47,805 bases of DNA, taken from NCBI GenBank assembly GCA_002256025.1, contig NKIB01014093.1, positions 1 to 47,805 on the forward strand, in the 5' to 3' direction. Shown in pieces: positions 34,371 through 44,542 of this stretch. The position numbers were made by a program, and so were the translations under genes. Below the pieces are notes generated by a model. The model did not search any database, was not told where the DNA came from, and was given only the letters and a program-made list of their open reading frames with translations. The stretch is from Asterionella formosa (taxonomy: Eukaryota). The first letter of the stretch is position 1; each line of letters starts with the position of its first letter.

Positions 34371-35681
34371 CTAACTAGGCGGAGATTGAGTTGAGTATAG
34401 TAGTACTTTTCCCTCGGAATCATGCAGTAGCTTCCTTTCTTCAGTAACAATAATAGGTCGCTCGACGTCCAAATTTACCACAAGAACCATCTGTCCGACA
34501 GAGGATTTCCCGTCTAAATCCCCTCGTTCCATATCTCTAGGCTCAACAACATTCTCGCTTGCAATGTCTGCATTATCGGAATCAGAAAATTCTGCATCGG
34601 CCACTTTTGTGAGATTCTTTTTGAGGACTTCAGCCAAAAATGAACCACCCCAAAAGGTTGGCCACCACAGTCCCATTGTATAAATAGATCCAATTCCGGC
34701 ATTGAAGAGGGCAGGACCGGGACAGAGACCAGCAACTCCCCAACCAATCCCGAACAAGGCGGAGCCTACAAGCAACTGACCATCGATCGTTGTATTGGTG
34801 GGGACACAAAACTTTCCAGTTTGGTTACAAACCTCGCTCATGGCCACAGGGCATTCCATGATGATTTTGTGTTTCACGACATTGTGTCCCGCTACCAACT
34901 GATAGCTCAAGAAGCTCACTACAACACCAGCTCCCATGACGGTAAGAAGTGTAGGATCGAAAGTACCATCCGAGATACCGGCGAGGTTGAGGAAACCAAA
35001 TATCTTGACTGGAAAGATCATACCACTTAGAAATAGTCCAACAGAAAAAAGTCCCCCGGCAGCGATAGCGGCCCAAGCTTTGCGTCGGTAATTCGAGAGC
35101 GTCGCAGTTGTCACTTCGGTTCCAGGAGTGGCTCTAGAATGAAACGCAGCTGTTAGAACAGAAATGCCAGTTATAACATAGCCAATATATTCCAGGAAGA
35201 CTGGAGAGTGTTCGGAGCGGAGAAACGTTGTTTGGGATGAGAGTGGACCCGTCATGAGAAAGCTGGTGAGAAACGCTGTGGACATGAACGAGGCGACAGC
35301 GACAAATGATCGCTTGCTCAAACGAGCCATCCCACAGATTCCATGGCCTGAAGTACAGCCGTTGCCGAGTTTGGTGCCAAACCCGACAAGGAGTCCTCCA
35401 ATGGCATATCCAAGCGGCGAGACCAACGGTGGGTCTTTGAATAAAGGGTTTGCACGTGCAGATTTACCCATATAGATCTGACTTGACAAGAAAAACGCTG
35501 CAATGAAAAAACTTTTCCAGATCAATGATGGATCAGAAAACGTTTTCCTTGGCTCGACCAATATAGCCGATATTATCCCGCTGGCCCCTAGTATATCACC
35601 ATTGACAAGCAGAAGAGTAGCTGCTGAGAGTCCGATTAGTGAGCCTCCGATGATTCCTTCTAGGGGCGTGAAAAGTGACAT
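34371..35681 (-). CDS. YeeE/YedE (sulfur/thiosulfate transporter) family membrane protein, two halves fused
   Basis: GGSLIGLSA..LL..NG.ILGASGI, GFGTKLGNGCTSGHGICG.ARLS.RS, SGM..P.KI.GFL, DPTL..VMG, LFGIGWG.AGLCPGPA. Confidence 0.9.
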   Translation of the reverse strand: MSLFTPLEGIIGGSLIGLSAATLLLVNGDILGASGIISAILVEPRKTFSDPSLIWKSFFIAAFFLSSQIYMGKSARANPLFKDPPLVSPLGYAIGGLLVGFGTKLGNGCTSGHGICGMARLSKRSFVAVASFMSTAFLTSFLMTGPLSSQTTFLRSEHSPVFLEYIGYVITGISVLTAAFHSRATPGTEVTTATLSNYRRKAWAAIAAGGLFSVGLFLSGMIFPVKIFGFLNLAGISDGTFDPTLLTVMGAGVVVSFLSYQLVAGHNVVKHKIIMECPVAMSEVCNQTGKFCVPTNTTIDGQLLVGSALFGIGWGVAGLCPGPALFNAGIGSIYTMGLWWPTFWGGSFLAEVLKKNLTKVADAEFSDSDNADIASENVVEPRDMERGDLDGKSSVGQMVLVVNLDVERPIIVTEERKLLHDSEGKVLLYSTQSPPS

Positions 35682-36720
35682 AGGTTATTGCATTCGGTTT
35701 GTAGTTGCGTTATTTACTGTTTGCAGCTTTCTGTTGGTTGAATGAAATGTTCAGAGGAATTAATTCTATGGGCTAGCTATGTGGCCTGCATATAATTCGG
35801 CCTTTTTTTCGGTTCTTCTTCCTCACATCTTCGTCGATTCAAAAAGTCCGACAAGTCGTGAAACATCGTCGTCTAACTGTTTTAAGTACCTGGTAACTTA
35901 CACCTGCCTTGTGATTTTCCGATATAGTAGCAGGTACTATTCTACAAACATATTCCCGGTAGTTCATTGTTTACTCCGAAAGAAAAATCCTTGATTTATC
36001 CGAAACTACCAGGTACCGTGTTGTACACTGCCCTACCGGTACCGGTATTTCCTCCCAGCAGGAATTTGTCAATAGAGAAATGTCTCGATTCTGCTCTATT
36101 TCTCCGGGCGAGCAAGAATGAGAGAAGATATGTTGTTGTCATGAGTCATGAGGCCTATCAACAACCCCCGGTACGAATTCTGATGGTCGCAATTGTGATA
36201 CCTGGTCCCATGGTAACTAGTAGGTCTACCAGAGTCCAATTACCTGATGGGACCTTCAACCGGTGGTACTGTTGTAGAAAATATTGGAAAAAAATACGCA
36301 CATTTTTACTAGCAAAGCAAGCAACATCGAGCGAAAGTGAAGCCGAACACATGCTCAGGTAAAAGTGTACCTGGTACCAGTGCATGATAAATATGTGTAC
36401 ATGTAAATACTCCGATGCCGGCGAAAGGCTATATACCGGTAGTAACTATTATTATATACATGATACCGGCTTGTTGGGGTTAATGCGATTCATACAAGCT
36501 GTAACGGTATTTTTTGGATTGTACGAGCCTTCCTTTGTAGGAACTCCCCAGGTACGCCGGTGATCCCTTCAAAATAGTTGCGGCGATTCTTAACATTTCT
36601 CGGGGGCAATTTTGGTTCGAGTGATTTTCTCCGGTTCACACATGCAACAATACCAATTGCCCAAATGTGCGACATTCAAGAAGCTATATATCTATGTATA
36701 TAATACAAATGTAGTTGGTA

Positions 36721-36910
36721 ATTCTTGAGGAGGTGATTAACAGACATGGAGCGAGACAATGATTATGACATCCTGTATATGGGGAAAGCAGCACTAGAAC
36801 TACAAGGAATACTCCCAGAGCAACTAGAAGCAAATGACGAGACAAAAGAATTGGCAAGGACTTTCTTAGATGAATTAGAAGGAGATGGAGATGGAGAAGA
36901 TATGGACTAG
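36721..36910 (+). pseudogene. C-terminal remnant of a Tc1/mariner (plant/oomycete DD39D-like) transposase
   Basis: ILEEVINRHG /frameshift/ DNDYDILYMGKAALELQGILPEQL resembles the conserved G.N.Y.IPHM.K..LER.G.LP tail of these transposases. Confidence 0.55.
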
Positions 36911-37009
36911 GGGTTGGTCAGAATGTCAGTTGGAATTTAGGTTTGGGGTACAGGGGTTGTTGCTTTTCGTTTCTGGTGCCGTATGGCTGCATTAGATTCA
37001 AAACTGTAC

Positions 37010-37251
37010 GAAAAACTGTCAATGAAATTTTATAGTACATTAGAGCTATCCAATAATTGCACTTGGGCCTAGCCACCAAATAGACGGACACAATTAATAC
37101 CGGTTTCATTCGTCTATATGGTACAACAGGACCTGTCTTTTCATTGGCCACACCCCCTGGAACCCTAGGGACTACATGAAAAAGACAGGTGGAGAATGCA
37201 GGAATCAAAGCCGCCATGACAGTGGGTGTGCTAACCACTAAGTCATTCCCC
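37010..37251 (-). mobile_element. tRNA(Ala)-derived SINE-like element, 242 bp, with perfect 17-bp TSD
   Basis: TSD tagattcaaaactgtac at 36993-37009 and 37252-37268. 5' head GGGGAAT...GCGGCTTTGATTCCTGC-ATTCTCCA with A-box-like CTTAGTGG and B-box-like GCTTTGATTCC. Second copy at 17542. Confidence 0.85.
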
Positions 37252-38283
37252 TAGATTCAAAACTGTACAGTTCATATCGATATAGCTACTAATTTGTGTT
37301 TCAGCACAGAGGCTATTTATCATACATAGACACTTGCTACAATTTACGATTTACGATCAATAAATAACTATATATAGTACTCATAAACTTAAAAAGTGTG
37401 CTACTACTATATAAATTATGTTTCAACTAGTAGATTGGAATAGTAATAGGCTAACTACTATCTTTCTATGTTGTCCTTATATTGCAGTAGGTGTTTCTTC
37501 TCCATGAGCCAGATATATTCTCAACTTCTCTTCAGAATTAAAGAATTACTTCTCATCGATTTGCCCCTGCTCGTAGAAGCCATCATTATACCCGAATTAC
37601 CAGGATAGAAATCGACAACTGGGGAAAGAGATGAAAACACGCATATTCTTACTAACACCTTTATAATGGGATTAGAACGCGCATTTCCGAATATGTTGTA
37701 TTGTTGTTTATCAACTTTGAACTGGCGGTTCCAAACACTCAAACAAGCCTACCATCTTTTTGTTCCTCCCCATCAGGTCCTCTTTTGAGGTTCCACAGAC
37801 CTTAATCCTACACAAGTTGGCACTCTTCTGGTGTTAGATCTTTTTTCATGGCTGGCGGTTTAATTCAGCTGTTGATTGGATTGTTTGGTTTCTTGATGCA
37901 GAAGGTGGAAGATGAATATGAATATTACTCAACAACAAACCAAGATGAACTGCTGCTGATTTTTGATTAATATGAAATGTAGATAGTGATGGCAGGCCTT
38001 GATGTATCCCCATTATAAGTATCGAAATCGCGTGCATGGCAATGAAAATAATTTCTACAATCATCTTGTTTCGTTTTGCTATCTGTCTTAAAAGCTAAAT
38101 CAAGTCTAAAATTATCACTTTCAGAACAAGAGTAGATGCCATGGCGCTTGACATCGGCATCTGCTATAGTAGAACAGTAAAATTTACCTAGTTCTTCCTG
38201 AAATGGTCGTTATTTGCATCTGCCATCATTGTGAATTTTTTGTGCTTCGTCGTTCCATCATGAAGTTGTTAACAAATTTTCAC

Positions 38284-38384
38284 TGAATCTATTTAAGACA
38301 GAAGCGCCATAAGGGCTCCCATACTGATAATAGAGCAGCAATAAGGCGCTTAATAAATGAGATTTATATTGAATCTATTTAAGA
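38284..38384. repeat. 15-bp direct repeat (tgaatctatttaaga) flanking a 71-bp hairpin-containing insert
   Basis: 38284-38298 = 38370-38384; internal aagcgcc/ggcgctt stem followed by aataaa. Confidence 0.75.
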
Positions 38385-40461
38385 TAAAAAGAAAAATTAT
38401 TAAAGCAAGGGAATACCTGGTGCCCTGGAATGCTTGACTCCAAACGAGTAGAAACAGGTACCACTCCTACCTTTTGTGAAAAATCTAGCTTGTGTAGGCA
38501 GAAGTAATGACTTGAGTTAAGAAGCAATTTATTCCAGGTACAGGTACTGTTAAATCATTACATCTCGTTCATATTCTCAGAATAAATTCAAATTCACCTC
38601 CTATTTCGAACTCAACATGCAATTATATAGAGCTTGTTTATGATAGAACCTGATATTAATTATTATTTTAGAGCTTGATACTTGAACACAGGAACACTCA
38701 CACTCACAACGCACTAAAGGAAAAACCCTTACTGATTAATAGGTTTGATAAAATGAAAATTAATTTATTCTGTAAGTGGTTTATTGAATTTTCAATATTC
38801 CATTCCCACGTACTTGAACAAATGTCTATGCAGCATTACCATGATCATCCAAAGTTGTAATAGCTAGGATTATCCAGTAATGACATTATTTTACCACCAA
38901 CTTCGTAATTGCAAGAACAATGAAGTACATTAGCTAGAATATATCAGTTGTTCATCAAGTTAATAATATAATAATGCATTTTAAATCCATTATCAAAAGA
39001 ATAGTATTCAAAATCATATCTGTGAAAACTTAGAACTTCTGTGGATACTCATTCTTTTGCTTTTCTACCTTATGTTCCTTTGTGTTTGAATTCTACATTA
39101 TTATACATAGAATCGATAAATGCTATCATGTACCAGAGAGTTAATTAGATTTTGATACTTATGAAACACTTGATATTGTAACAACATTCAATACTTGGTT
39201 GATAGTTGCATGATAGACCGTGTCATGTGAGCCATTTCGCTTTCTGGAAAAATTCATGATTTCCTTATGAAATTATGATCGCAAAACTCTCATAGATCTA
39301 CAAAACACTGTAGATAATGATAACACAGATGCATAGTGATGACTATAAGATCAATTGAAATGGATTTCATACATTCATTCTTTTGGTCGTGGTTGTTTTA
39401 TTGTTGGAAAAGTAGCTTAGAATGATGATTATAAATTAAAAAACACTAATTTGCTTGTACGCTTTTTACGCTGGAGATTGTACATGATCTTGGTTGTGGG
39501 TTTTGCAACTGATACTGGCAGCAGCAAACTTTTTTAAGTGAGCTGATATTCCCTTTGCCATATAGCTACCCTTTAGGTTGCTTAAGCTCTCTTCGCAAGG
39601 TTCTCATTGGTCCCTATCAAGAGTGAAAGAGTCCTCATCATGGGGATGTCGATCCAAAATAAAATACTAAGCAAGAAAAATGATGTGATGAGTCGTGAAG
39701 CCATATGTGCATAAATAATCGCGGTCATCTAGCTAGGGCAGTGTCAACAGAAGCAAGATGGAGTGGAAGGGGTGCGCCCTTTCTCGATAGTAAGTAAAGT
39801 TGGTGATGCCAGTGTTCCACTTGTTGTCCCTCTTGAGTTTGAGGTAGTGGCGTGTTTGCAGCTCATGATTGGTGAGGAGGCAAACTGAAAACTATGACAA
39901 CCATGGAAAGAACGAAGATCATAAGTGGGTCTGATAAGCTGCAAAAGTCTATTTTGGGTGCAAGAGTAATATAGAATGTGAGGGAAATATATTTGAATCA
40001 ACTCAAGAAGAAATTATTCAATCATAAAATAAGTAAAGTAAAAACTAAAATGTAAATACAGGTGGAGACAGAACCAGACAAGTCAATTGGGCATTGATGA
40101 TGCTTGATGTGGCAAGGACGAAAATGACAGGATGATGCTCACCATCTTATTTCTGGCTGTCTGGAAGCATGGCACAATGAGGAGATTAAGACAACTCGTC
40201 CAGTAAGAAAATGCAAGCTGCCAATGAATGGGATGTAAAATGATGATTACTCCATCTGTTGGCCTACAAGCAAACGTAGAGATCATTATCAACAGAGCAA
40301 CCTTGGGTATCAAGGTGCCAATACTGCCACCAAGTATTTTGGCAATTAAACCACCATTTCTACTCTTGAAAATAATTCATGCTCCACCAAAACGAAATAA
40401 ATAAATAATTCTACTACCACTTTGTCACTCATGTCCTGACAAAACACCAGAAATACCAGGT

Positions 40462-42426
40462 TTAAAGTTCAGTACTAAAGGTCTCCTTCATACCTTCGAC
40501 ACGTCCACCAGCATCTGCGTAGACATTATAAGACGCCTTTTCGGGAACATCCGACATGAGCTCTCTCAAAAGTTCTGCTTCCATCTCTGCTGCTTCGTTG
40601 CCCAATCCTTCTTCGCTCAGCCATCGCTCCGCATCTAAAGCAGCTGCGGCTCCTGATCCAGCGGACGTTATCGCTTGTCGGTAAATGGCATCTGAGACAT
40701 CACCAGCACAAAAGATGCCCGGCACACTCGTCCTGGTCGAGCCTGGCACGGTCTTGACATAACCAGGATGTTGGTCTTGAAATTCAACAACGCCTTCTAA
40801 AAACTTCGTGGTTGGTGTGTGGCCTATGGCCACAAAGACCGCATCTACATCCATGGTTGTCACTTCATTCGTCTGCACGTTTCGCAAAATGACACTCTTG
40901 ACTATCTTTGGGAGATTATCCAAATCCAAGTTTTCGCTGTTTTCAGTGGTAGGATCCTCCAGGACTTTTCCTACAATCTCTTGAACTACGGTTAGCCATT
41001 GAATGGAAATGTGGGGATGTTCCATTACTCGTTGCGCCAATACTTTGCTTGCCCGGAAAGACTCACGTCGATGAATGACAGTCACTTTTCTGGATGTTCT
41101 CGCCAATACCAAGGCATCTTCCATGGCCGCATCTCCACCACCCACAACAACAACATCCTTGTTGCGAAAGATGGCTCCATCACAGGTAGCACAGGAGGAC
41201 ACCCCATTCCCACGCAATTCATATTCCCCCGGAACTTGTAGCCAATTAGCCTCTGCGCCGGTTGCCACAATGATGCTGTGTGTTTCAATCATAGTACCAT
41301 TGCTCATCTTCACCTTGAGTGGTCTCTTGGAAGTATCCACACTTTCCACAGTACTGGCTTCAAAGACCGCTCCAAAGGTGGCGGCTTGGATGCGCATGGC
41401 AGCAATGACACCAGGACCAGTCATATTAGCCAAGCCCGGATAGTTCTCCACATCAACCCCCTTACCTTGCAGTTGTCCTCCCATGGGAGGAGCAATGACC
41501 ACGGGAGACAGTCCCGCACGTGCGGCATATATGGCAGCTGCCATACCAGCAGGTCCACCCCCAACAATTACGACCTTTTCGGGGAAGTCCCCCGGACCAT
41601 TGTAAGAATGCAAATCTTCATCGTGATCATCATCTTCTTGTTCCAGTTGTTGTTCGAGTTCAGCTTCGAGACGTAATTCCAATTCTTTCATTAGTTCTGC
41701 CTTGGTGGCAGTCGAGAGCGTGGGCGACTTCGTGGTTGCCTTTGTCTTGGTTGTTTTTGGTTTACTTTGTGTGGCGTCCTCCTCCTTTGGGATTGACTCT
41801 CCCGTAAAGCGCTTGCTCAATGGCGGAGCAGATCCATACTTCTTTTTGAGTCGTCTAGCCAATTGATTGGCGGCGGCTCCAACGCAATTGTCGGCTCCCT
41901 TGACCATATCCACGCACTTCTTATGAACGCCGTGGACAAAATCGACTTCCTTTTGGGTATCTACTTGCGCATAATAAGTAACAAGTGCCTCTGAACCCAA
42001 AACAACGTTGTCTGTCATGGCTTGATCAATGACAGCATGTGCCATTTGATTCAGTTGCTGCTCTCCTGCTCCACTGAATTGATTCCAAACTTTGCCGTGA
42101 AGGAAGAAAACAAAGGTCGGCAAGGATCGAATCTGATAGCGACTTGCCAATTCGTGCATGGTTGTCGTGTCGACTTTACAAAATACTGCCTTTTCCTTGG
42201 TTGACGCTGCCAATTTCTTGAAAATCGGAGCCATCATGCGGCAAGGACCGCATCCATCGCTGTAAAAGTCCACTACCACCGGAAGTCCTGTTTCTGTATT
42301 GTGTTTGGCGAGGAGGCGTTCGAATTCACTCGTCGATCGAATGTGACGAACATCGGGCCTGGCTATCACCTTCGTAAAAGTGAACAGTAGGAACCAGAGT
42401 AACGGGACAACTATTCTCGTCATCAT
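40462..42426 (-). CDS. Thioredoxin - NADPH thioredoxin reductase (low-Mr TrxB type) fusion with signal peptide and C-terminal STEL (654 aa)
   Basis: MMTRIVVPLLWFLLFTFTKVIA signal; Trx VVVDFYSDGCGPC..SLPTF; TrxR GGGPAG.AAAIYAARA, VENYPG, IVATGA, GVSSCATCDG, GGGDAAMEDA, IHRR, FVAIGH, AGDVSD..YRQAITSAGSG..AALDAERWL. Confidence 0.93.
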   Translation of the reverse strand: MMTRIVVPLLWFLLFTFTKVIARPDVRHIRSTSEFERLLAKHNTETGLPVVVDFYSDGCGPCRMMAPIFKKLAASTKEKAVFCKVDTTTMHELASRYQIRSLPTFVFFLHGKVWNQFSGAGEQQLNQMAHAVIDQAMTDNVVLGSEALVTYYAQVDTQKEVDFVHGVHKKCVDMVKGADNCVGAAANQLARRLKKKYGSAPPLSKRFTGESIPKEEDATQSKPKTTKTKATTKSPTLSTATKAELMKELELRLEAELEQQLEQEDDDHDEDLHSYNGPGDFPEKVVIVGGGPAGMAAAIYAARAGLSPVVIAPPMGGQLQGKGVDVENYPGLANMTGPGVIAAMRIQAATFGAVFEASTVESVDTSKRPLKVKMSNGTMIETHSIIVATGAEANWLQVPGEYELRGNGVSSCATCDGAIFRNKDVVVVGGGDAAMEDALVLARTSRKVTVIHRRESFRASKVLAQRVMEHPHISIQWLTVVQEIVGKVLEDPTTENSENLDLDNLPKIVKSVILRNVQTNEVTTMDVDAVFVAIGHTPTTKFLEGVVEFQDQHPGYVKTVPGSTRTSVPGIFCAGDVSDAIYRQAITSAGSGAAAALDAERWLSEEGLGNEAAEMEAELLRELMSDVPEKASYNVYADAGGRVEGMKETFSTEL

Positions 42427-42644
42427 GGTGGAATCGACTAGAGGTGTCGGTTTTTCTTCCTCTGGCTGAAATATGGCGAACAACAATGGCTGAGAAACAA
42501 TGCAATTGGACATGTACCGGTAAAATACTACGTCATATTTCTGGCTATTAGTATGTGTATGGACGGAACGCATAAAATATACTCGACTACGGTACACATA
42601 TTAGCAAGGCAAATCATTCGTTTGCATACATATGATAAATATTA

Positions 42645-42775
42645 AGTACCAGGGTACCAGGTACCCTGGTACCAGGTTGAACTGTACCGGTACCAGGGTA
42701 TAGTGTAAAGTATAGAGTGCTTGGTACATAGTAGGTACAGTACCAGGTAGACCAGGTACCAGTACCTACCAGGTT
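42645..42775. repeat. Cluster of GTACC(A/T)GGTAC / TACCGGTA palindromic units (representative of a motif family found in most 5' intergenic regions)
   Basis: gtaccagggtaccaggtaccctggtaccagg...gtaccggtaccagggta...gtaccaggtagaccaggtaccagtacctaccagg. Similar clusters at about 6555, 14730, 17075, 28360, 29840, 30260, 32850 and 36005. Confidence 0.85.
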
Positions 42776-43093
42776 ATGATAATGAAAAGTGGCAACGAGA
42801 AAGAATTCGATTTGCTTCCTTCGCCCACCTCGCTCAATAACAGATATCACTGATTCCGTCGATCAAACTTGATCCTATGTATCCTGCGATGGAATTCTTG
42901 AATTTGATTTTGACCTTAAAACCCAATTGAATTGGATTCCCTAAAAAACGTAGGAAATGGTCGTGAGAGTGTGCATAAACACCGTTTTACCAACGATTCA
43001 ATAAAATGCTAGCAAAAGCCAGTCGCAATGTGAACAACCAAAGGATACTACTGACAATGAACGTGCTGATATTTATATAGCAAGGCCTCAAAG

Positions 43094-44362
43094 TCATTCA
43101 ACTACTACACACTTAAGGCCATGAAAGAGTGGGTGACAAAGCGCTTCAGAGAAACTCATGCGAAGGCCGGGGTTCCTGACTATCAATTTGGAGCAGAAGT
43201 CGGCAAACTCAGAATCAACTGCCTCGGTTACGTTCAAATCTACAAACGCGCGGATAGTTTCAAAAGTGGCAAGGCGAGGCTTTGAAAATCCGTGCTGTTC
43301 CATAATCTGCCTTTTCATGTCGGAGGACAACTCAAAGAGACCACGCACCTCTAACAATTCCCACGTTAAGACACCTAAACTCCACCGGTCCACAAAGCGG
43401 GCATCGTAAACCCCTTCGCCGATGATCATTTCTGGTGGAACAAATTCGGGAGTTCCACATAAAGTGGCACGTTGGTAGTTTCCACCAGGAAGTAGAACAG
43501 CCCAACCAAAGTCGGCCAACTTGATTTTTTCGTTTGCAAATACCAAACAATTTTCACCTTTGATGTCGCGGTGAGCGATACCACGAGAAGCCAGATGTTC
43601 CAAAGCAACGGTGATTTGAAGCACGAAAGAAACCTGTTGGCTTCGAGAAATAGGTTGTTTGTGGCGGAAGTACTCCAAGTCGCCGAAGGGGGCGAACTCC
43701 AATGTTAGGTAAAAGTTCTTTTCGTCCTCCCAATGACCGTGCAAGCGGACAATGTGGTCGTGATCCAAGCTGAAAGAGACATGGTTCACGGTTCACAAGC
43801 AAGATAAGAAGGAGATGATTGTGTAAGTGAAGAAGCGGACTTTTGATTGCGTTTCCATATTGTGGATAGAATACAAGAACGCTGACCTTTTCTGGATTTG
43901 AATCTCTCTGTGAAGCAACTCCATTCGATAGTCATAGTCCTTCAGCATGCTTTCCTTACAGATGATTTTGAGCGCAACATTTGTTCCAGATACACGTTCT
44001 TGCATCTTGAATACGGCACCAAAAGTACCCTGTCCGATTAAATTGAGAGTTTCATAATCATGCGTGGTCCAGTCCGATCGAGCTTGTCCGTTCAAAAGTA
44101 CATTATGGAGGATGTAGTTGTCACTAAGGACGATGCTATTATCTCGTTCAATAGTAACAACGTTTGCGGCTTGCCAAGTCGTAGAATCGTCCAATAATGT
44201 ATTTCGCGGGGTTATGGCGGTAGAAGATGGGGAACACAATTTCTGCCGTTTAATTACATGCTTCTTGTTCTCAGAGTTCACGGGCAAATGACGGCGACGC
44301 TGACGAGCCAGCATGGCAGGGTTGGGCGGGAATTCATGGACTAAGCTTCGGAAGACATTCAT
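43094..44362 (-). CDS. Aurora-like Ser/Thr protein kinase (about 383 aa; intron 43770-43886)
   Basis: IGQGTFGAV, VALKII.K, REIQIQK|SLDHDHIVRL.G.WED..NFYL.LEFA..G, HRDIKGEN, KLADFGWAV, RATLCGTPEFVPPEMI. Confidence 0.85.
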
Positions 44363-44542
44363 GCTGCTTGCGATTACGTGATTTGAGAAGAAGAAAAAGT
44401 GCACGTTTGATTTATGTTAGAAAAAAAGAGATCTGATCTGAAGATCCGTGTTTCAGATATGACGGAAGGAGCTGAAAATTCAAAATCATGCCAAACATCA
44501 CTTTTAAGTCGAATGAAGCATCTTATCTAGTGTGTCGCAGTT

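Noticed and set aside
37190..37251. Functional tRNA gene (apparent CT-GTC-AT Asp anticodon loop)
   Set aside because: Only 62 nt, with degraded D, anticodon and T arms, embedded in a TSD-flanked repeat; treated as a SINE head
37480..40400. Short ORFs in the AT-rich island
   Set aside because: Fragmented, with no recognisable domains in the frames examined; probably decayed repeats but not assignable by eye
51..42426. Operon-like selenium/sulfur gene cluster (SelM, YeeE, Trx-TrxR)
   Set aside because: The genes are separated by many unrelated housekeeping genes; physical clustering is not supported, so only the functional hypothesis is kept
42427..42597. 57-aa N-terminal extension of the 711-aa ORF
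   Set aside because: Runs through motif-rich promoter-like DNA; ATG 42426 gives a clean signal peptide, though TSS data are needed to confirm
42645..42775. CRISPR-like array in the GGTACC clusters
   Set aside because: Units are short, irregular and overlapping with no unique spacers; eukaryotic context with no cas genes
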